This document shows positions 50,101-60,347 of a stretch of DNA of 64,000 nucleotides, in pieces. The position numbers and the translations under genes are program-made. This stretch comes from Candidatus Hodarchaeota archaeon (GTDB lineage Archaea > Asgardarchaeota > Heimdallarchaeia > Hodarchaeales > Hodarchaeaceae): NCBI GenBank assembly GCA_016839815.1, contig JAEOTM010000204.1:49640-113639 (forward strand). Reading direction: 5' to 3'. The notes beneath the pieces were generated by a model. The model made no database searches, was not told where the DNA came from, and saw nothing but the letters and a program-made list of their open reading frames with translations. How positions within the stretch are numbered: position 1 is the stretch's first letter; each line of letters begins with the position of its first letter.

Positions 50101-53100
50101 AATTTGGGGGACAGATCGGTCAATGTAATACGTATACGTTCTAATAAGACTCACACTTGGAATTACAGTTACATTTAACCATACATCCAATAATCCTTCA
50201 GATTTAGCAGAGGTATTTAGCGTGTGTACAAACAAATCACCACTAGTATTGGTCATGTTAATCCAACTACCCCCTTGATCAAAACTAATTTCTATAAGAC
50301 TGGTGTTTGGAGTAATCAAAAATTCAAAGTCAACTAATATTGTTCCATTAAGGACTGAATGTTCAGCTGGAGATTGTAAATTAATGGTGACATCGAGAGT
50401 AAGATATGTCGATGTTGAGGATGTGACAATTAGTCCACTTAGATCTTCTACGTATATATAATAATACACGGTCGTTTCTAATACAGAAGCTGGAATTATG
50501 CCCAAAAAACTCCCATTTTGGATGGTTCCTGATTGCTTTACCATTTGTGTATTGAACCAAGAAGAATTATCAAATGAGTAGTAAAGAAAAGTCAGTGATT
50601 CATTAATTCCTCCTCTATCTGAAATTACTGCCTCAATAACAATTGGATCAATAGCAGGAGCAATATTTACTTCAGTAATATTGTGAAAGGTAGGACTAGT
50701 ACCATCAATAACATAGGAATAATAATTACTTTCCGCAAAGTTACCTGCTACATCAAATGATTGAATGTAATATGTAATATTCGTATCTTGGCCAAATCCA
50801 GGAATCTGGGCTCCAAAATCTAATAATGCGTCATATTCATACGAGTAATAGAAGTAATCATTACCCTCAGAATCATACATTTGGATTCTCCATTGATCAT
50901 AGATGGGAGTTGCCCAATTAAATTCCGGAATATATCCATTGGAGAGGGAACTGCCAGTATAGAACTGTTCCCAAGTACCAGAATCGATTCTCATACCCCA
51001 AAGAGTGACTGATATTGTATCACTGTCAGCTGAATATACATAGATTAATAATCGTTCGATAGGTCCACCAACATCATGATCGATTATTTGAGTTGTTCCT
51101 GATGCGAAATTACCTGTAGGAGGGTTTCTGCCATTAATGGTTACGGGTACGGATTGATTCATATCAAGGGAAATCCAGCTGGAACCATTAACAGAATAGA
51201 TGAGGGTTCTATTTACGAGGGTGTTATTATCCTTAATAATACACGAAACCATAACAGAAGTATTGTTTATGGGATAGGCTGGAGACCTATCAATATCAGT
51301 AATGGCTGGAATTAATCCATCAATATACCGTTGATCTTGTGAGGATGTAATTTGATGACCAAAGCTGTCAAAAACGACAATGTAATATGTTAAAATCGCA
51401 TCAACATTCAATGGTGGAATGATTGCTTCAAAGTCACTTCCTTGTTGAGTAAGGGAAATACTGTTCCAAGTGGAATTGTAGGTATAATATAGTGTTGCGT
51501 TGGCAAATCCAACATCATCAGTTACTTCCAGCAATACGTACATATTCATAGAGCTACTAGGATAGGTGGGAGTCAAGGAAATATTCTGAATTACAGGAAT
51601 GAAATCAACTCGATATGAAAAATTTCCAGAATAAGCACGAAGCTCACTAATATCTGTAGCGGAAATATAATAATAGACTCTTGATTGACTGGTAGCAGGA
51701 GACACACCTTGATATATTCCAAAGGTATCATTTCCTGAGATAAAAGACATTGGAGATTGATAATAAGTTAAATTATTATATGTATAAATCAGAAGAACGC
51801 TACTATTATCAACACCTAGTCCATCTATTACCGTTGCATTAATCACAGCAGAATCAAGTTGGGAAGTGTCCATAACTTGAGTAATATCATTTATTTGAGG
51901 CGCACCCCCATCAACAAGATAGGTATAAAGGCCTGACAATGCTGAATTATTTGCTAGATCAGTTGCTTCAATATAATATTCGACTGTGGTATCTGCGGGA
52001 GCAACTGGAATTGTGACTGAGTAGCCAGTAATCAATATTGATGAGAGAAAATCGAGATAGTTAATGTAGTTGTCAGCAACAGGGTCATTTCCAGTACCCC
52101 AACCCCCATCAATAGAGGTTAGAGTATCTACCAAAATAGGTGAATTTTTGTATCTATACTCTAACATTGATATGCCGTTGGCATTTTGAAGGATTTCAGT
52201 GTATCTTTGTTGTGAAATAGGAAGATTATATAACCAACCATGATCGGTATAACCCCAAGAATTAAAATCAGAAGCTGACAATGTATTTCCTCCCCAGGGA
52301 GAACCACTTATGAAAGGATGACTCGATTCTAAGATCGTTTCGACATTGGAGAATGCTGTTTGAGAATAATCCGTTCCCAGAAAGTCAATATCAGCTTGAG
52401 AACCACTATTACCTCCAACTCGAATTGAAACTACCAATGGTGAATTATCAAGAGCTTGAGCAACCACGGTAAGTCCACTTCTTAAGTAAGCGTAGTTTGA
52501 CCAGTTGGGTTCAAGAATAAGAATTCTATACTGTGATAGAGTAAAAGTGGTAATAGTCGAGAATTGAAGTTCTGTTATTGAGTCAAAAGTATATCCGTTT
52601 CGGGTTAAATATGAGGTGTCCTGTCCATGAGAGATAAGTAAGACATCGGTTGTAGGATTCCCCGCATCAATTCCAATGCTACCATTCATGATAAGAGAAT
52701 TCCAAATGCCAGAATTCATCCGATAGTATAATGTAACGTTCCTCATTTCGTTAACATCATCAATTTCAGTAACTACTGTTACATTTCGCAGATAGTTGGG
52801 ATAGGCTGGAATAGTTTGGACAGTCTGAAATATGGGGGAAAGCCCATCAGAGAAATACGAAAAATCGCTAATATTGAGATTATGACCGAAACTGTCTATG
52901 ATAATAAATGTGAGATTCACCATGCTATCAATTCCCGTAGCAGGGATTGTAGCCTCATACAAACCACTATTTTCAGTCATATTAATTGTTCCTGATGAAC
53001 CAGTATATTCATAGTATAACTGCACAGAACTGAGATTGGAATCATCGGTAATGTTTACCTTTATTGTTGGAGATGAAGAAGGATTAGGATAGAGAGGGAT

Positions 53101-56100
53101 GATCATAACTTCATTGAGAATGGGTACATGATCTATGGTGTAGTTAAATGTTAATGTTTGGTTTGTTAAACCGCTTATATCTGAAGCGTTAATATAATAG
53201 TAAACACCAAGATTACTAGTTGCATGAAAATTACCAGTGTAAGTGCCAGTGATGTTTGATCCTGAAGTAAGCATCATCAGAGTATTAAACCAGGTTAGTT
53301 GATCGTAAGAGTAATACATTATCACTTGGCTTGTATTCACAGCTAGGTTATCAGTGACGGTGATATTTATTGGAGCATTGGTTAGTTCAGATACAGTGGA
53401 TATGATGGTAATATTTGACCAGCTTGGGGCATCAGCATCTGTAAAGTAACTGAAAAGAGAGGAATTGCCTTTGTTTCCCACATAATCAAATGCTTCTATA
53501 TAGAACTGGACAGTTGAACTAGAATACGTAGCAGGAATTGTGGTCGAATACTGTGGTTGAGAATCGTATTCATATGAATAGTAGAAATAATCATTACTTT
53601 CGGAATCATAAATTTGGATACGCCATTGGTCATATATTGGAGTTACCCAGTTAAATTCAGGTAAATTTCCAGTACCACGAGATCCAGAATAATGAAACTG
53701 TTCCCAAACCTCAGTATCCATTCGGAATCCCCAAAGAGTCACGTACAAAGTGTCAGAATCAGAAGAATATACATAAAGGGAAAGACGTTTGAGATCTCCA
53801 GAAGCGTAATCTGCTGTCTGAGTAATGCCGTAATATTCCCCTGAGGTAGGATCTCTTCCTGTTACAGTACTGGCTTGTGGGAGAGAGACGTTTAATCCAA
53901 TCCAAGTCCCATTAGTTGTATAATATAAAGTACTGTTGGAAATATTTTGATTATCAAATAGATCTACATTTACGGTAACATTATCGGTATAGGCCGGAAA
54001 TAAGGGGAAGTAGCTGATATTTTCAACTCTGGGTAGCAATCCATCTACATAAAATAATTGAGTTGAAGAATTTACCATATGACCAAATGAATCAACAACA
54101 GAGACATAATAGGAGACTTGAGTATCCATATTTGTGAATCCAATAGTTCCTGTAAATTGATTGCTGACATTAACCATTGGAGTTTGTTGCCAAGTAGTAT
54201 TGTAATAGTAATAGAGAACTACTTGATTAAGTCCAACTTCCTCGGTAATATTTGCATAAATATTAACATCTGTAAGGGTAGAGGGATAAAGAGGTTCAAT
54301 ATGATCAAGAATTACAACGGGTACGTGATCAATTGTATAATTGAGAATAGAGGAGATATTTGATCGGCCACTTAGATCAAAGGCTTGTACATAATAATAT
54401 ACTATACTCTGACTAGTAGAGGGAGAATTACCATTAAAGGTACCGTTAAGTGTATCACCCATAATTAGGCTCATACCTGTTGAAAACCAACTGCTGTTAT
54501 CATAAGAGTAAAACAAAAGGACGTTACTTGAATCAACACCGAAATTATCAGTTAATGTTACATTAATGGGTGTACTGAATAATTCTGAAACTATCTCGAT
54601 CTCTGTAAGATTATATATTTGGGGAGAAACAGCATCAGTATCAAAAATTGTTTGATTTGATTCACCTATAATATCTGCTTGATCATAAGCAGTAACAAAG
54701 TAATTTACTTGAATGGCTTGGTTAAGTGCGGGGATAGCTGCTTCCCAAGACCCTAGATTGAAGATCATGGAGAGATTCGTCCATGAAGAACCAGCATTCG
54801 TAGAATAGGATAAACTAGCATTTTGAATACCACTTGAATCAGTGATAGTAGCTTGGACAAGAACAGGTGCATCAGCATTTGGTTGTGTTGGTGAGTGAGT
54901 TATACTGATAAAGCTTGGAGCTAGTCCATCAGAGTTATAAGTAAAATTTGACGAATTTATTTGATGACCAAACGTATCAGTTATGGAAATGAAATAGTTG
55001 ACATTTGTATCGTTAATGGTGGCAGGGATGGTTGCCTGATATACCCCCTGATTCAAATTCATACTCATCTGATCCCAAGTAGCATTACTATTGTAATACA
55101 GGATTACAGATGAGATGCCATTATCATCACTTACTGTTGCGTTAATAGTAACTGATTGATTAGCGTGAGGGTAAGTAGGAATTGTTAACTGAGAATTCAA
55201 GGAGGGAATATGATCTACTAGATAGGAGAAGTTACCAGAAGTTCCTTGTAGACCAGAGAGATCTATGATCTGAATATAATAATTTACATTTGACTGTGTT
55301 GTAGCGGGTGAGACTGCTTGATATACAGCATAGGTCTCATTTCCAGATATCAATGTCATCGAAGTTTGATAGAATGTAGTATTATCATACGTGTAGATGA
55401 GAAGAGCAGTAGTATTGTCTAAAGCCCAATTATCGCTAATTGTGGCGTTAATAGTAAGAGAATCATATTCTGACACAACTGTCGTTTCAGTTACATTGCT
55501 TATTTGGGGAATAGAACCATCAGAAAAGTAAGAATAGGTTTCAGAGACAGCAGAAATATTAATCATATCCGTAGCATTGATATAATATTGGACGAGAGTA
55601 TCTGCAGGAGCTGGAGGGATGATCCCCTGAAAACTTGGTGTTAATTGATAATAGGTATAATTAAGATAGTTAATAAAATTATCAGCCACAAAGTCGTTTC
55701 CACTTCCCCAACCACCATCAATAGATGTTAAAGTATCAAGCAAAACCCAAGAGTCTTTATACATGTATTCGTACATGGATATTCCATCGGTATTTTGAAG
55801 GATTTCTGTATATCCTTCTTGAGAGGAGGGAAGGTTGTAGAACCATCCATGATCTGTACTACTCCATGAATTAAAATAAGTGGTTAATAAATTATGTCCT
55901 CCCCATGGTAAGCCTGTGATTAAAGGATGGTTTCCATCAACGAACGATTCAGCGTTATGGGTGACACTTCTATCATAATCAGTTCCTAAAAAGTCTATAT
56001 CAGCTTGCGAGTTCTGATTCCCAGCAACACGAATGGATACTATTAGAGAATGATTATCAAGTGCTTGATTAACAACAGTGAGCCCACTACGAAGGTATGA

Positions 56101-57738
56101 ATAACTACTCCAATTAGGTTCCAAAATTAAAATACGGTATTGGTTGAGAGTTGAAACGGTGATAGAAGAAAATGCTACTTCGGTCATTGAGTCAAAAGTA
56201 AACAGATTTCGTGATAAATAATCTGTATCTTGGCTATGTGAGACCACTAACACGTCTTTTACATAAGTACTAGTCCCAAGGCTACCTGTCATATTAACTG
56301 GGATAAAAGTAGTGCCATTATCAAAAGAATAGTAGAGGGTTACATTCCTTAAGGGGCTTAGATCAGTAATCTGTGTAGAAATGGTTACATTTTGCTGATA
56401 ATTCGGTGTATTATCATCAATGAGTATATTACTTATTATTGGAGGAGAATTATCAAATAGAAAAAAATATTGAGAGGAGGAAGCAGAATTGGTGAAATTA
56501 TCGAATGTCTGAATGTAGTATGTTACATTGACCTCATAACCTGGACTGCTGACTTTTCCAGACCAGCTGTTGAGTGCACCTGGTACCATTGAGGAATTTA
56601 ACCAAGTTGAACCCTCATTAAAGGAATAGAATAATGTAGCATTAATTAGAGTACTCTCGTCAATTATATCAGCTCTGATGGTAACATTTTGAGAGATACT
56701 TGGATAAGTAGGAAGATGGGTTATATTTTCAAGTATAGGAGGATTCACTTCAGAAATCGACAATATAGAAAAATGTATACTCGCATTCATAGGAGAAGAG
56801 GGAGAATTATCATCCGAGGGGGAGCTCTGATTTTCAACACTGCTTTCATAATTTTGTGTATACTCAGATACAATCAAGAAATTAAAAGATTTCTGCACAA
56901 TATCAGAAGGACGTGAAGATCGATATAAAAGTAATTCTATCATATGAGTGCTTCCAACATCAAGGGTCTGACTTGCAGATATCTCTATTTGAAGGGGTAC
57001 ATCTTCCTCCTTAGATAAGGGTAAGATCCACCGATCAGGGTCAATTCTAATTTCGTTAGTGATCCCCCCGACAATTACTCGGAATTCATCCGTAATGTCA
57101 TGAGAAATAATGGTTAAATCTAATACTTTTGAATCCCCCGGTTTAATTTCGTTGATAGAATGATAATTATTTTCTTCTAATATTGAGATATCTACTGTAT
57201 CTTCATTCAACTCCTGAATAGGTTGATCATTCGAATCACTATTATCTGTTGAAGACATACTGGTAGTATGTTCTGAGGCAATATTTACCACAGTTGATAT
57301 TATATTATTCTCAGGAAAACTATCTATATAATTTATCACTTTAGCCTGAATACTTATTTCATATGTTCCATCTACTCCCATCCATGACGTTTTAACATAT
57401 TTTTCTTCATTTGGGGCAAGAGTTATTTTTTGACTGGCAACAATTTGCTTCCAACTTGAATTTTTCACAGTAAAGAGAACATAAGAAGTAACTTGAAAAC
57501 CACCATTATTACGGATCTTACCGTAAATATCAATCATTTCTCCGTTCACGATACCAGGTTTAGAAAGATATACGTTTTCTACTAAAGACACATCTACCAT
57601 CCGTATACTGTTTAGTTTAACAAGAGGATGAGTAATATCTGGAGTACTTTCGTTTAAAGGAATATGAATTATCGTTAGACCAGGAATAAATAATAAAACA
57701 AGAAACGAGGATAGAATTAGGGCTTTCATTTTCATCAA
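47164..57738 (-). CDS. Giant (3524 aa) modular cell-surface protein: CARDB-like domain, many Ig-like repeats, inserted domains, thrombospondin type-3-like Ca-binding repeats, C-terminal TM anchor
   Basis: Signal peptide; about 100-aa repeats P.I...A.ITD...LYY...W...M; DxDxDG.PDGWE...LNP repeats at about 47290-48010; TM plus KKR; abundant N-x-S/T sequons. Confidence 0.9.
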   Translation of the reverse strand: MMKMKALILSSFLVLLFIPGLTIIHIPLNESTPDITHPLVKLNSIRMVDVSLVENVYLSKPGIVNGEMIDIYGKIRNNGGFQVTSYVLFTVKNSSWKQIVASQKITLAPNEEKYVKTSWMGVDGTYEISIQAKVINYIDSFPENNIISTVVNIASEHTTSMSSTDNSDSNDQPIQELNEDTVDISILEENNYHSINEIKPGDSKVLDLTIISHDITDEFRVIVGGITNEIRIDPDRWILPLSKEEDVPLQIEISASQTLDVGSTHMIELLLYRSSRPSDIVQKSFNFLIVSEYTQNYESSVENQSSPSDDNSPSSPMNASIHFSILSISEVNPPILENITHLPTYPSISQNVTIRADIIDESTLINATLFYSFNEGSTWLNSSMVPGALNSWSGKVSSPGYEVNVTYYIQTFDNFTNSASSSQYFFLFDNSPPIISNILIDDNTPNYQQNVTISTQITDLSPLRNVTLYYSFDNGTTFIPVNMTGSLGTSTYVKDVLVVSHSQDTDYLSRNLFTFDSMTEVAFSSITVSTLNQYRILILEPNWSSYSYLRSGLTVVNQALDNHSLIVSIRVAGNQNSQADIDFLGTDYDRSVTHNAESFVDGNHPLITGLPWGGHNLLTTYFNSWSSTDHGWFYNLPSSQEGYTEILQNTDGISMYEYMYKDSWVLLDTLTSIDGGWGSGNDFVADNFINYLNYTYYQLTPSFQGIIPPAPADTLVQYYINATDMINISAVSETYSYFSDGSIPQISNVTETTVVSEYDSLTINATISDNWALDNTTALLIYTYDNTTFYQTSMTLISGNETYAVYQAVSPATTQSNVNYYIQIIDLSGLQGTSGNFSYLVDHIPSLNSQLTIPTYPHANQSVTINATVSDDNGISSVILYYNSNATWDQMSMNLNQGVYQATIPATINDTNVNYFISITDTFGHQINSSNFTYNSDGLAPSFISITHSPTQPNADAPVLVQATITDSSGIQNASLSYSTNAGSSWTNLSMIFNLGSWEAAIPALNQAIQVNYFVTAYDQADIIGESNQTIFDTDAVSPQIYNLTEIEIVSELFSTPINVTLTDNFGVDSSNVLLFYSYDNSSWFSTGMSLIMGDTLNGTFNGNSPSTSQSIVYYYVQAFDLSGRSNISSILNYTIDHVPVVILDHIEPLYPSTLTDVNIYANITEEVGLNQVVLYYYYNTTWQQTPMVNVSNQFTGTIGFTNMDTQVSYYVSVVDSFGHMVNSSTQLFYVDGLLPRVENISYFPLFPAYTDNVTVNVDLFDNQNISNSTLYYTTNGTWIGLNVSLPQASTVTGRDPTSGEYYGITQTADYASGDLKRLSLYVYSSDSDTLYVTLWGFRMDTEVWEQFHYSGSRGTGNLPEFNWVTPIYDQWRIQIYDSESNDYFYYSYEYDSQPQYSTTIPATYSSSTVQFYIEAFDYVGNKGNSSLFSYFTDADAPSWSNITIISTVSELTNAPINITVTDNLAVNTSQVIMYYSYDQLTWFNTLMMLTSGSNITGTYTGNFHATSNLGVYYYINASDISGLTNQTLTFNYTIDHVPILNEVMIIPLYPNPSSSPTIKVNITDDSNLSSVQLYYEYTGSSGTINMTENSGLYEATIPATGIDSMVNLTFIIIDSFGHNLNISDFSYFSDGLSPIFQTVQTIPAYPNYLRNVTVVTEIDDVNEMRNVTLYYRMNSGIWNSLIMNGSIGIDAGNPTTDVLLISHGQDTSYLTRNGYTFDSITELQFSTITTFTLSQYRILILEPNWSNYAYLRSGLTVVAQALDNSPLVVSIRVGGNSGSQADIDFLGTDYSQTAFSNVETILESSHPFISGSPWGGNTLSASDFNSWGYTDHGWLYNLPISQQRYTEILQNANGISMLEYRYKNSPILVDTLTSIDGGWGTGNDPVADNYINYLDFLSSILITGYSVTIPVAPADTTVEYYIEATDLANNSALSGLYTYLVDGGAPQINDITQVMDTSQLDSAVINATVIDGLGVDNSSVLLIYTYNNLTYYQSPMSFISGNDTFGIYQGVSPATSQSRVYYYISATDISELRAYSGNFSYRVDFIPVIQNISLTPTYPSSSMNMYVLLEVTDDVGFANATLYYTYNSTWNSISLTQQGSDFEAIIPPLNVDAILTYYIVVFDSFGHQITSSQDQRYIDGLIPAITDIDRSPAYPINNTSVMVSCIIKDNNTLVNRTLIYSVNGSSWISLDMNQSVPVTINGRNPPTGNFASGTTQIIDHDVGGPIERLLIYVYSADSDTISVTLWGMRIDSGTWEQFYTGSSLSNGYIPEFNWATPIYDQWRIQMYDSEGNDYFYYSYEYDALLDFGAQIPGFGQDTNITYYIQSFDVAGNFAESNYYSYVIDGTSPTFHNITEVNIAPAIDPIVIEAVISDRGGINESLTFLYYSFDNSSWFNTQMVKQSGTIQNGSFLGIIPASVLETTVYYYIYVEDLSGLIVTSSTSTYLTLDVTINLQSPAEHSVLNGTILVDFEFLITPNTSLIEISFDQGGSWINMTNTSGDLFVHTLNTSAKSEGLLDVWLNVTVIPSVSLIRTYTYYIDRSVPQIVSLTNSTRISGSGDIVYTTISDAVINANMSVTLFYTYDNSTWYQTQMILQNQSTNLGTYSGLLPASSGDLALSYYVTIIDELGWTNQSSPINSLIDYKPVISSTNLSYDYVRSDIPVTVYVFASDDYGIFNVSLYYYYDDTNHSSVMTFQDGAYQGIIPSTLIDTNVTYSVSVLDTFLQSTVSGTYQYYSDGVDPNISYIVQSPSNSNLLDIISIYSTIEDKNPFRNVTLFYTFDGSTWNTVDFISAGMHTITGRNPISGTFYNEVISAEYASGPLSRLSVYTYSSDADTIAVTLWGFRIDTGIWEQFYSSTILGTGYIPEFNWANIVYEQWRIEIRDTENDDIFFYSFEFDIEPDYFAEIPASSMDGNVDYYIFVSDMANRTSSSGVLSYYTDGVYPTISGVTDFDPVSQFVSPRVYTEISDNNGLHTPRLFYSTDEITWFSQAMILESGDMITGRFYADIPAISSGVVAYYIEASDLNRLTSSSIVRYYVIDTQPEILFVTHFPAEIPLNTRVTVTAFITDDYGIGAVKLYYWINGFFHSKTMSLENGAFQASIDPISINANVEYLINAIDTIGQSRNSTSTTYMIDGLAPTITFVQVPVGNSIPQPAEVPIEVHVEDNVQLNMSGTTLYISYDRNSWIEMPMQLSGGTAFSATFIKIIPETPTNIIYYYVISYDNVGLMNSTSIMHYDIEVFPDADEDGVADWTEINVYNSNPNNNDTDGDGLFDFNEIYDYSTNATDSDTDNDGMPDGWEVRHSLNPRANDANLDPDMDGLLNIEEYNASTNPQKADTDDDGMPDEWEVLNSLNPILNDSYSDADNDELFNLDEFYEGTNPQNADSDADLIPDGWEVFNSLNPLNNDSALDPDVDELSNYEEFTHGTNPQIWDTDNDGMPDGWEVRNRLNPLINDAELDADDDGYSNLREYELDSDPNDPNDPASGSNAILIGLLVLFSIPVAFVGIKKRDAIRDLIQKIRNRD

Positions 57739-57991
57739 CCAGTTCTTAAAGACCGATGGATGCTGTATTCAATGAATAGGATCCGTATGTAGAATTGATC
57801 GACTTTGTCGGAATTGTTGATCTCTCACCTACTGTTGAAGGACAGCAATTCCCTGCAAATACATAAAATCTTTCTAAGATTCTAGAAATTGCACTATCGG
57901 TACTTAGAATATTGATAACTTGCTTATATCGCTATCTAGAGAAAAACTTCGGATTTGGATGTTGGTTCATCATTCAATCATATAATTTCGA

Positions 57992-58318
57992 CTATCTATC
58001 CTTTGAGCGATAACGACAAATCTTAGGAGGAGAACTTCCTCCAAGAGAAAAAAAAGATCTGTTAAATGTTCCCCAATATGGAACAAAGCCTAAATGCATA
58101 CGTTTTTTACGATCAGAGTAAGTAGAATAAATTCCAACCAAAACGAAGATAGGCCCTATAGCCCAGACAAGCATTATTCCACCAAACATCTGATCTATGA
58201 CCTCAGAATCAGTACTAGAGATAAATAAGGCAATAACCAAAGTCCACGTCGTTCCAGTGATGATACTTAGAGCTCCCTGAATAGTATCATACCCTAACCC
58301 ACCTCTTACATAAACCAT
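57992..58318 (-). CDS. Small 2-TM membrane protein (paralog of 42384..42767)
   Basis: Closely similar central region to the 42384 ORF at both protein and DNA level. Confidence 0.6.
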   Translation of the reverse strand: MVYVRGGLGYDTIQGALSIITGTTWTLVIALFISSTDSEVIDQMFGGIMLVWAIGPIFVLVGIYSTYSDRKKRMHLGFVPYWGTFNRSFFSLGGSSPPKICRYRSKDR

Positions 58319-58384
58319 ATCATCAGAGAAGGAGTCTGGGAAATAAAAACTTTCGAAAATATCAACAATAGAATCTTGTTTATG

Positions 58385-58420
58385 TTCTCAGAAAACGAGA
58401 GGATTGACCCTTTCCACACT
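58385..58420 (+). repeat. Structured intergenic repeat, copy 11 (core only)
   Basis: GAAAACGAGAGGATTGACCCTTTCCACACT. Confidence 0.88.
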
Positions 58421-58447
58421 TGATGATAGAATAATCGACTTGAAATT

Positions 58448-59380
58448 CTAGAGACTTTCACTGGGGTCTCCCTCGACTACCTCCAAGTTAACTGTTCGTA
58501 AGTACTCAACAACTTTCTCCATTCGTATCTCAGAAATCCGATTAAACTGCCTTTGATCCATTTTTTGAATTTCCTTATACAAACTAATAGCTCGATGCAA
58601 CTGGACTTGAGTAATTAACATGGATTCAGGATACTTGATTGCTACTGTCGCTATTAAGACAAGTTCAATTAAAACGAAGATAATGACCCATTCATAGGTA
58701 TTTGAAACGGGCCAAAAGAATAGAAAACCTGTAGCAGAGAGATTAGCTAGACCAATTAATATCCATAAACGTTTTGCAATAATTATTCGAGAAGTAGGAC
58801 TTGCTGGCTTGATTGTTAAATAAGTATAGAGAAAAATACAGGCTACTGCAAAATAGAAACCATAGGCAAGGAGGGGATGACTTGTGGACAGAATAATTAT
58901 TCCGTTAATGGCAAGACCAGCTCCAATTTCTGGTATATTTTGCCCGCCTTCAAGGCTGAAAAATGCGTCCATGGATCGGGGATTCATCTCCCAAAATAAA
59001 AAGATACCTCGTTCATTAGGCATCGATTTCCAAAGCAGAGTAAGGACAATAAGAGAAAAAAACCATGTGATCATCCCTATAGTTAATAATTTTCGCTGAC
59101 TAAGCCATTTCAATCGATTAGCATGGAGAAGAACCAGGATGTAACAACAATACATAGAAATGTGTCGGAGTTGCCAGAACAACACATTTCCAGGTTGGAG
59201 GGCAAGCACAGAAAAAAATACACTGGAGGAAAAAAAGAAAAACACCGCAGCAAAAATAAGGTAATCAATAACTCCTGTTCGACGATAGAGAAGGTAGAGG
59301 ACGGGAATTGGTATAAGACCCATTGTACTCATAAGGAATTTCGTAAGATCAGGAAGAAGAACAATAAATGGATCAACCAT
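58448..59380 (-). CDS. Multi-pass (about 7 TM) membrane protein
   Basis: Seven hydrophobic segments, soluble C-terminal helix after KYPESMLIT. Confidence 0.7.
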   Translation of the reverse strand: MVDPFIVLLPDLTKFLMSTMGLIPIPVLYLLYRRTGVIDYLIFAAVFFFFSSSVFFSVLALQPGNVLFWQLRHISMYCCYILVLLHANRLKWLSQRKLLTIGMITWFFSLIVLTLLWKSMPNERGIFLFWEMNPRSMDAFFSLEGGQNIPEIGAGLAINGIIILSTSHPLLAYGFYFAVACIFLYTYLTIKPASPTSRIIIAKRLWILIGLANLSATGFLFFWPVSNTYEWVIIFVLIELVLIATVAIKYPESMLITQVQLHRAISLYKEIQKMDQRQFNRISEIRMEKVVEYLRTVNLEVVEGDPSESL

Positions 59381-59504
59381 ACGAGTTCAGCTACACATTA
59401 CGATAATACGCTATAAGTATTTCAGGTATAAGTCTAAGTCCAATTTTGTCAGTTAGAGTTACTTGGAACCTTAATTATTTAAGCCTTAAGACTAATCTCA
59501 TTGG

Positions 59505-60347
59505 CTATTTATCGGCAGTGATAACTCCATATCTCAGAATATCTCGATCAATAAGCAGTTTTTGGGTATATGCTCCTTCACAGTGTTCAAATAAAGCGGT
59601 ATTGATGAGATGAAGAGTCTTCAATAAATAAAGGAGAGGATAGGCTCGTTTTGCAGATCTATGTATTCGCCAAGAGGATTTACGAATATGCGCAGTAATA
59701 TCGTGACAGGTAATATTACGAAAATGAGATGAGAGTAATTTCTGATGTATACTCTCAAATGTTTCAAGATCAGGAACCGCCCACCCCTTTAAAAATCGGT
59801 GAAGTAATTTTTTTTCCGTTTCTTTCAGATTTTTTCGTTTTCTATACCCATCCGCAATCACAAGTCTTCCTTCTTTTTTTAATAACCGATAGGCTTCGTT
59901 AAGAAATTTCCCTTTCTCATGTGTATGACAAATACTTTCAATACCAAATATTTTTGTAAAAGAAGAAGAGGGAAAATCTGTCTGGGTATAGTCTTGAAGA
60001 TAGAATTTAAGTAGAGAACTATTGTTCAGCTGGGGGGGAAATTCTAGGGCTTTTTGAAGTTGAAGGCGAGAAATGTTAATCCCGATAGTGGGTACACCAT
60101 GAGTGGAGGCGATGTAGTAAGCAGAACCCCCAACCCCACAACCAGAGTCTAGAACACGATCACCTGGTTTTATATCCAACAATTTACAGACGAGCTTTGT
60201 CAGATTGAGTAATGATTCTTCTTTACTCAGGGTATTACGAGTCCAAATACCAAAGTGTAGGTGATTCTTTGAATAGAGTTGATAGATGGGCATAGTATGA
60301 TCAAAGTAGTTAAGAACCGTCTCCTGAGTTATTTTATGAGCTGACAT
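59505..60347 (-). CDS. SAM-dependent methyltransferase (tocopherol/sterol MT-like)
   Basis: HLHFGIW, RVLDSGCGVGG, IESICH, EAYRLLKKEGRLVIAD. Confidence 0.9.
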   Translation of the reverse strand: MSAHKITQETVLNYFDHTMPIYQLYSKNHLHFGIWTRNTLSKEESLLNLTKLVCKLLDIKPGDRVLDSGCGVGGSAYYIASTHGVPTIGINISRLQLQKALEFPPQLNNSSLLKFYLQDYTQTDFPSSSFTKIFGIESICHTHEKGKFLNEAYRLLKKEGRLVIADGYRKRKNLKETEKKLLHRFLKGWAVPDLETFESIHQKLLSSHFRNITCHDITAHIRKSSWRIHRSAKRAYPLLYLLKTLHLINTALFEHCEGAYTQKLLIDRDILRYGVITADK

